Positions 60,782 to 64,000 of a stretch of DNA of 64,000 bases are shown in pieces (position 1 is the first letter of the stretch; every line of letters starts with the position of its first letter). This DNA comes from an uncultured Verrucomicrobiae bacterium. Lineage in GTDB: Bacteria > Verrucomicrobiota > Verrucomicrobiia > Chthoniobacterales > UBA10450. Made by a program: the position numbers and the translations under genes. Location: contig CAWIBO010000005.1 in the NCBI GenBank assembly GCA_963834385.1, positions 320,001 through 384,000 on the forward strand, written 5' to 3'. The notes beneath the pieces are model-generated. The model searched no databases. It saw only the letters and a list, made by a program, of their open reading frames with translations, and was not told the origin of the DNA.

Positions 60782-62227
60782 ATGGTCGCCCTGGTGGACA
60801 CGAGCACGGAGAGACGGCCGCATTGGCGGGCGCGCTGGCATGCCTTTCGGCATCCGATTCATGAGGAAAAGGCAAAGGTCCTGCGGGAGCGCTGGGAAAC
60901 GTTGCCGGCTGAGCTGCGCACGCCGAACCAGATTTCCGGGCGTCACCTGACGCATTGCGGGTTCACCCTGGGCGCGAGCTATTGTTCCTTTCATTGCACT
61001 CATTGTTATCTGCCGAAGAACGCGAACGAGATTCCGATCCCGTCGCTGGAGCAGGTGAAGGAGCAGATCGACGCCAACCGCCGTTTGCAGGGGCCGGGGG
61101 GCGGACTGCAAATCACGGGGGGCGATGTCGCCGACGCTTATTGGAAGAGTGGGCGGGGCGATGAACTGATCGAGATCGTGCGCTACGCCTACTCGGTCGG
61201 ATCGATCCCGATGCTGATGACGCACGGGCAGACGTTGCTCGAGCAACCGCAGTTCCTCGAGCGCCTCGTGGTGGAGGCCGGGCTGCGGCAGATCTCGGTG
61301 CACGTCGACATGACCCAGGCCGGGCGTCATGGCTATCCGATCGGACGGATCAAGTGCGAGGCCGATCTGCATCCGGTGCGCCAGGCTTTCACCGACCTGG
61401 CGCGCGACATCCGGAAGCGCACCGGTTTCCCGCTCGAGTATGCGCTGAGCTTCACCGTCACCCGGCGGAACATTGACGATGTGCCGGAAGTCATCCGCTG
61501 GTATCTGGCCGACCCGGAACGGTCGCTCATCTGGCGCATGCTCAGTTTCCAGCCCGAAGCCGACACCGGGCGGACGATTTTTTCGCAGCGTCCCATCACC
61601 GCGGCCGATGTCTGGGAGAAGATCTGCGAAGGCGTGGGCCTGCCTTTGCGCCGTGACGTTTCGATCTTCGGGCATCCCGATTGCAACAGTTGGGCCTCGC
61701 TCATGGTGGCGCGGCCGTCGGGCGCGATCCTGCCGCTGCTGCCCGATGACAAAAAGTTTGATGTGATTCTTGGCGAGGTGCTCGAGCGGATCGGCGGACT
61801 TTCCCTGGTGAACGATGATGCCGGCACGCCGCCTTACCGCCTGGCCGGGGTCCTGTTCCAGAACCCGCTCCTGGCGCTCCGCCTGGCCGGTCGGTTGCTC
61901 GGTTATTTCACTTCACGCAAGGCGCCGCCCGAGATTCTGCGCTCGATCCTGCGCGGCCGGGTGCATACCCTCGGCGTCGGCATGCATAATTTCATGGGCG
62001 CGGAACAAGTGGCACGGGCGGGGAGCGATCCCGTGATCAAGGCGCGGCTTGATTCCTGTGTCTTCAAGGGAGCGGTCAAGCGCGACGGCAAATGGGAGGC
62101 CGTCCCGATGTGTTCCATGAACCAGCAGACCTGGTCCGAGGTTTACGACGAACGGCTGCGCGACCCCGAGCTTCTCCAGCAGTCGCAGGTCAACCGGCCC
62201 CAGGTCGCCGCCGCGGCGGCGGATTGA
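60782..62227 (+). CDS. Radical SAM protein of unknown specificity
   Basis: CSFHCTHC (CxxxCxxC), QITGGD, LMTHG, HVD..Q, SFQP...GR, HPDC, C-terminal RLDSC...VPMCSMN. Confidence 0.85.
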   Translation: MVALVDTSTERRPHWRARWHAFRHPIHEEKAKVLRERWETLPAELRTPNQISGRHLTHCGFTLGASYCSFHCTHCYLPKNANEIPIPSLEQVKEQIDANRRLQGPGGGLQITGGDVADAYWKSGRGDELIEIVRYAYSVGSIPMLMTHGQTLLEQPQFLERLVVEAGLRQISVHVDMTQAGRHGYPIGRIKCEADLHPVRQAFTDLARDIRKRTGFPLEYALSFTVTRRNIDDVPEVIRWYLADPERSLIWRMLSFQPEADTGRTIFSQRPITAADVWEKICEGVGLPLRRDVSIFGHPDCNSWASLMVARPSGAILPLLPDDKKFDVILGEVLERIGGLSLVNDDAGTPPYRLAGVLFQNPLLALRLAGRLLGYFTSRKAPPEILRSILRGRVHTLGVGMHNFMGAEQVARAGSDPVIKARLDSCVFKGAVKRDGKWEAVPMCSMNQQTWSEVYDERLRDPELLQQSQVNRPQVAAAAAD

Positions 62228-62234
62228 TTCCGCT

Positions 62235-62984
62235 GTGGCCTCGACCGCACCGGAGCACGAGGCGGGGCCGCGCGTCAGCGTGATCATTCCGGCCTGGGGC
62301 GACTCGGTCAGCCTGGCCGCCATTTTACCGACGCTCGAGGCGTTGCCTTTGCACGAGATCATCGTGGTGGATGTCTGTGCCGACACGGCGGACTGCCGGC
62401 TTCCGGGCGGCGGACGGGCCCGGTTGATCTGCACCTGTTCGCCGAGCCGGGGCCGGCAGATGAACCTTGGCGCGGCGGCCGCCGAAGGCGATGTGCTTGT
62501 TTTTCAGCACGCCGACACCCTTTTCTCGAGGGAACATTTGTCGGCGCTGAAGGCGGCCCTGCGCGACAACGCCTCGATCATCGGCGGCGCCTTTCATCGC
62601 CGGTTTGATGGGCGCCATCCGCGGCTGCGCTGGCTGGAGAAAGTGGCGCGTTTCCTTTCCCGGCATGGCGGCACCCTCTTTGGAGATCAGACCGTGTTTG
62701 TCCGGCGCGAGGTGTTTCAGCGGTTACACGGGTTTGCCGAGATCCCGCTGATGGAAGATGTGGAGTTTTCCCGGCGCCTGCGCGCCGCCGGACGGGTGGT
62801 GGTGCTCGATCCGCCCGTGGAAACATCGCCCCGCCATCACCAGGAGAACGGCGCCTGGCGCACCAGCATTCGGAACGGCCTTTTCCTCCTCCTCTTCCGT
62901 CTCGGCGTCTCAGCCGAACGATTGCACGCATGGTATTACCGTCGCCCGCGGCCGGATGTGGGCGCGGCGCCCGTCGGCGCGTGA
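62235..62984 (+). CDS. GT2 glycosyltransferase, TIGR04283-like (arsenosugar biosynthesis-associated)
   Basis: VSVIIPA, R.RQMN.GA, F.HADT, GGAF, FGDQ..FVRR..F..L.GF.EIPLMEDVEFSRRL, TS.R. Confidence 0.88.
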   Translation: MASTAPEHEAGPRVSVIIPAWGDSVSLAAILPTLEALPLHEIIVVDVCADTADCRLPGGGRARLICTCSPSRGRQMNLGAAAAEGDVLVFQHADTLFSREHLSALKAALRDNASIIGGAFHRRFDGRHPRLRWLEKVARFLSRHGGTLFGDQTVFVRREVFQRLHGFAEIPLMEDVEFSRRLRAAGRVVVLDPPVETSPRHHQENGAWRTSIRNGLFLLLFRLGVSAERLHAWYYRRPRPDVGAAPVGA

Positions 62985-63002
62985 GGGGCGGGAATGAAGG
63001 GG

Positions 63003-63228
63003 CGTGAATCGTAAATCGTGAATCGTGAATAGTGGGGAGCTCCCCCGGTAGGGCGACGCTCCGCGGAGCCTGAGAGCACGCGCCGCCAGCTAACCGGAGG
63101 GACGAGCTTCCGCTCGTCCATGGACCTGCGGAAGCAGGTCCCTCCGTAAGAAAAATCCCCCTATCTCAGTGCCCTCTGTGTCCTCCGTGGTAAATCCCTC
63201 CGCGCCCTCTGCGCCTCTGCGGTAAAAA
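63003..63228. repeat. Intergenic cluster: 7-mer run, REP-like inverted pair, 9-mer arrays
   Basis: (CGTGAAT)x4 at ~63003-63030; REP pair 63096..63119 and 63122..63145; CTCAGTGCC-CTCTGTGTC-CTCCGTGGT and CTCCGCGCC-CTCTGCGCC-TCTGCGGT at 63165..63228. Confidence 0.85.
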
Positions 63229-63229
63229 C

Positions 63230-64000
63230 TCAGAGAAGCGCCCCGCCGCAGCTCGACCCCGCGCCCGCAGTGCACCCGAAACAATGTTCGCCGGTCTGGA
63301 TCTCACGCTCTTCCACCGTCTCCGGATCGATCTCCCAGAGATGCAGACCGCGGTCGCCGTCACGCCACTGCATCTTCAGCATCTGATTGAAATCGCAATC
63401 AAAGACCTCGCCCTGCCAGCTCACGTTGATGGTGTTCCGGCACATCAGCCCCTCGACCGTCGCCGGGTTGAAGGCGTCGTTCAGGAGCAACATGTAATCG
63501 GCCAGCTGCCCGTTGTTCTTCAACCAGGAAGCAAAACGCGAGACCGGGAGGTTCGTGATGGTGAAGAGCTTGTTGAAGACGATCCCGAAATGTTCCTGCA
63601 ACTCCCGTTTGTAATCGGCTTCCAGCTCCGCCTGCGGCCCGGGCAGGAACGCGCCGTTCGGGTTGTAAACCAGATGGAGCGGGAGCCGCGGGTCGGTCCC
63701 GTAACCGAGGCTGTTCAGAAGCTGCAATCCCTTGATGCTGCCGTCGAAAACGCCTTCCCCGCGCTGGGCGTTCACGTTCTCGGGCGAATAACAGGGCATC
63801 GAGGCAATGACCTCGATCTCGTGCTCCGCGAGGAACTGCGCGTAATCCTCAAAACCGGGCTCAACCAGGATGGTGAGGTTGCAGCGGTCGATGATGTGCC
63901 GCGGCGGCGTCAGCGCTTTGAGGCGGCGCACCAAATATTTGAAGTCGGGAATCATCTCCGGCGCGCCCCCGGTCAGGTCGACCGTCGGAATGTCGGTCCG
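63230..64000 (-). CDS. arsS: Arsenosugar biosynthesis radical SAM protein ArsS-like (DUF3641 C-terminus); 5' end outside window
   Basis: DLTGGAPE, RCNLTIL, ASMPCY, QRG.GVF..SI, LVYNP.G..LP..Q..LE.DYK, ITNLP..RF, MCR, DCDFNQ, HCFGCTAGAGSSCGG. Confidence 0.9.
   Translation of the reverse strand, partial: RTDIPTVDLTGGAPEMIPDFKYLVRRLKALTPPRHIIDRCNLTILVEPGFEDYAQFLAEHEIEVIASMPCYSPENVNAQRGEGVFDGSIKGLQLLNSLGYGTDPRLPLHLVYNPNGAFLPGPQAELEADYKRELQEHFGIVFNKLFTITNLPVSRFASWLKNNGQLADYMLLLNDAFNPATVEGLMCRNTINVSWQGEVFDCDFNQMLKMQWRDGDRGLHLWEIDPETVEEREIQTGEHCFGCTAGAGSSCGGALL

Noticed and set aside
63230..63270. Selenocysteine in the ArsS C-terminus
   Set aside because: The GSSCGG position is an ordinary Cys codon; the TGA follows GGALL at the normal end

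Overview
High-GC bacterial chromosomal window, most consistent with a Verrucomicrobiota (Spartobacteria/Chthoniobacterales-like) genome. This assignment is inferred from protein families (tandem C-terminal 'LANISTR' domains, DPxxAxxW helical repeats, the MntC-DtxR fusion), not from a database search. Core content: a complete atpBEFHAGDC operon, obgE, a GT4-type glgA, lpxI, an rsmH paralog, msrA, pgl, uvsE, a Mn/Zn ABC operon with MntR and a clear sigma70 promoter/DtxR-type operator, tRNA-Ala(GGC), a copper cluster (Csp-like storage protein, CopA-type P1B ATPase), an autotransporter and many secreted hydrolases. Most notable: (1) a putative arsenosugar/arsenolipid locus at the right edge (ArsS-type radical SAM, TIGR04283-like glycosyltransferase, DUF547, a second unusual radical SAM and a nucleoside hydrolase that could perform the deadenylation step); (2) a shared vocabulary of 7-, 8- and 9-mer tandem repeats in inverted arrays, including a four-helix-bundle gene bracketed by inverted heptamer arrays inside the Mn operon and a ~360-bp nested A-B-A-B/B'-A'-B'-A' palindrome; (3) a signal-peptide-bearing HNH-like gene preceded by a near-perfect palindrome resembling the Verrucomicrobia LexA box, whose 3' end is duplicated ~3.4 kb away. 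About six single-base frameshifts in otherwise intact genes (plus one frameshift with truncation) suggest assembly indel errors, so pseudogene calls should be treated with caution.
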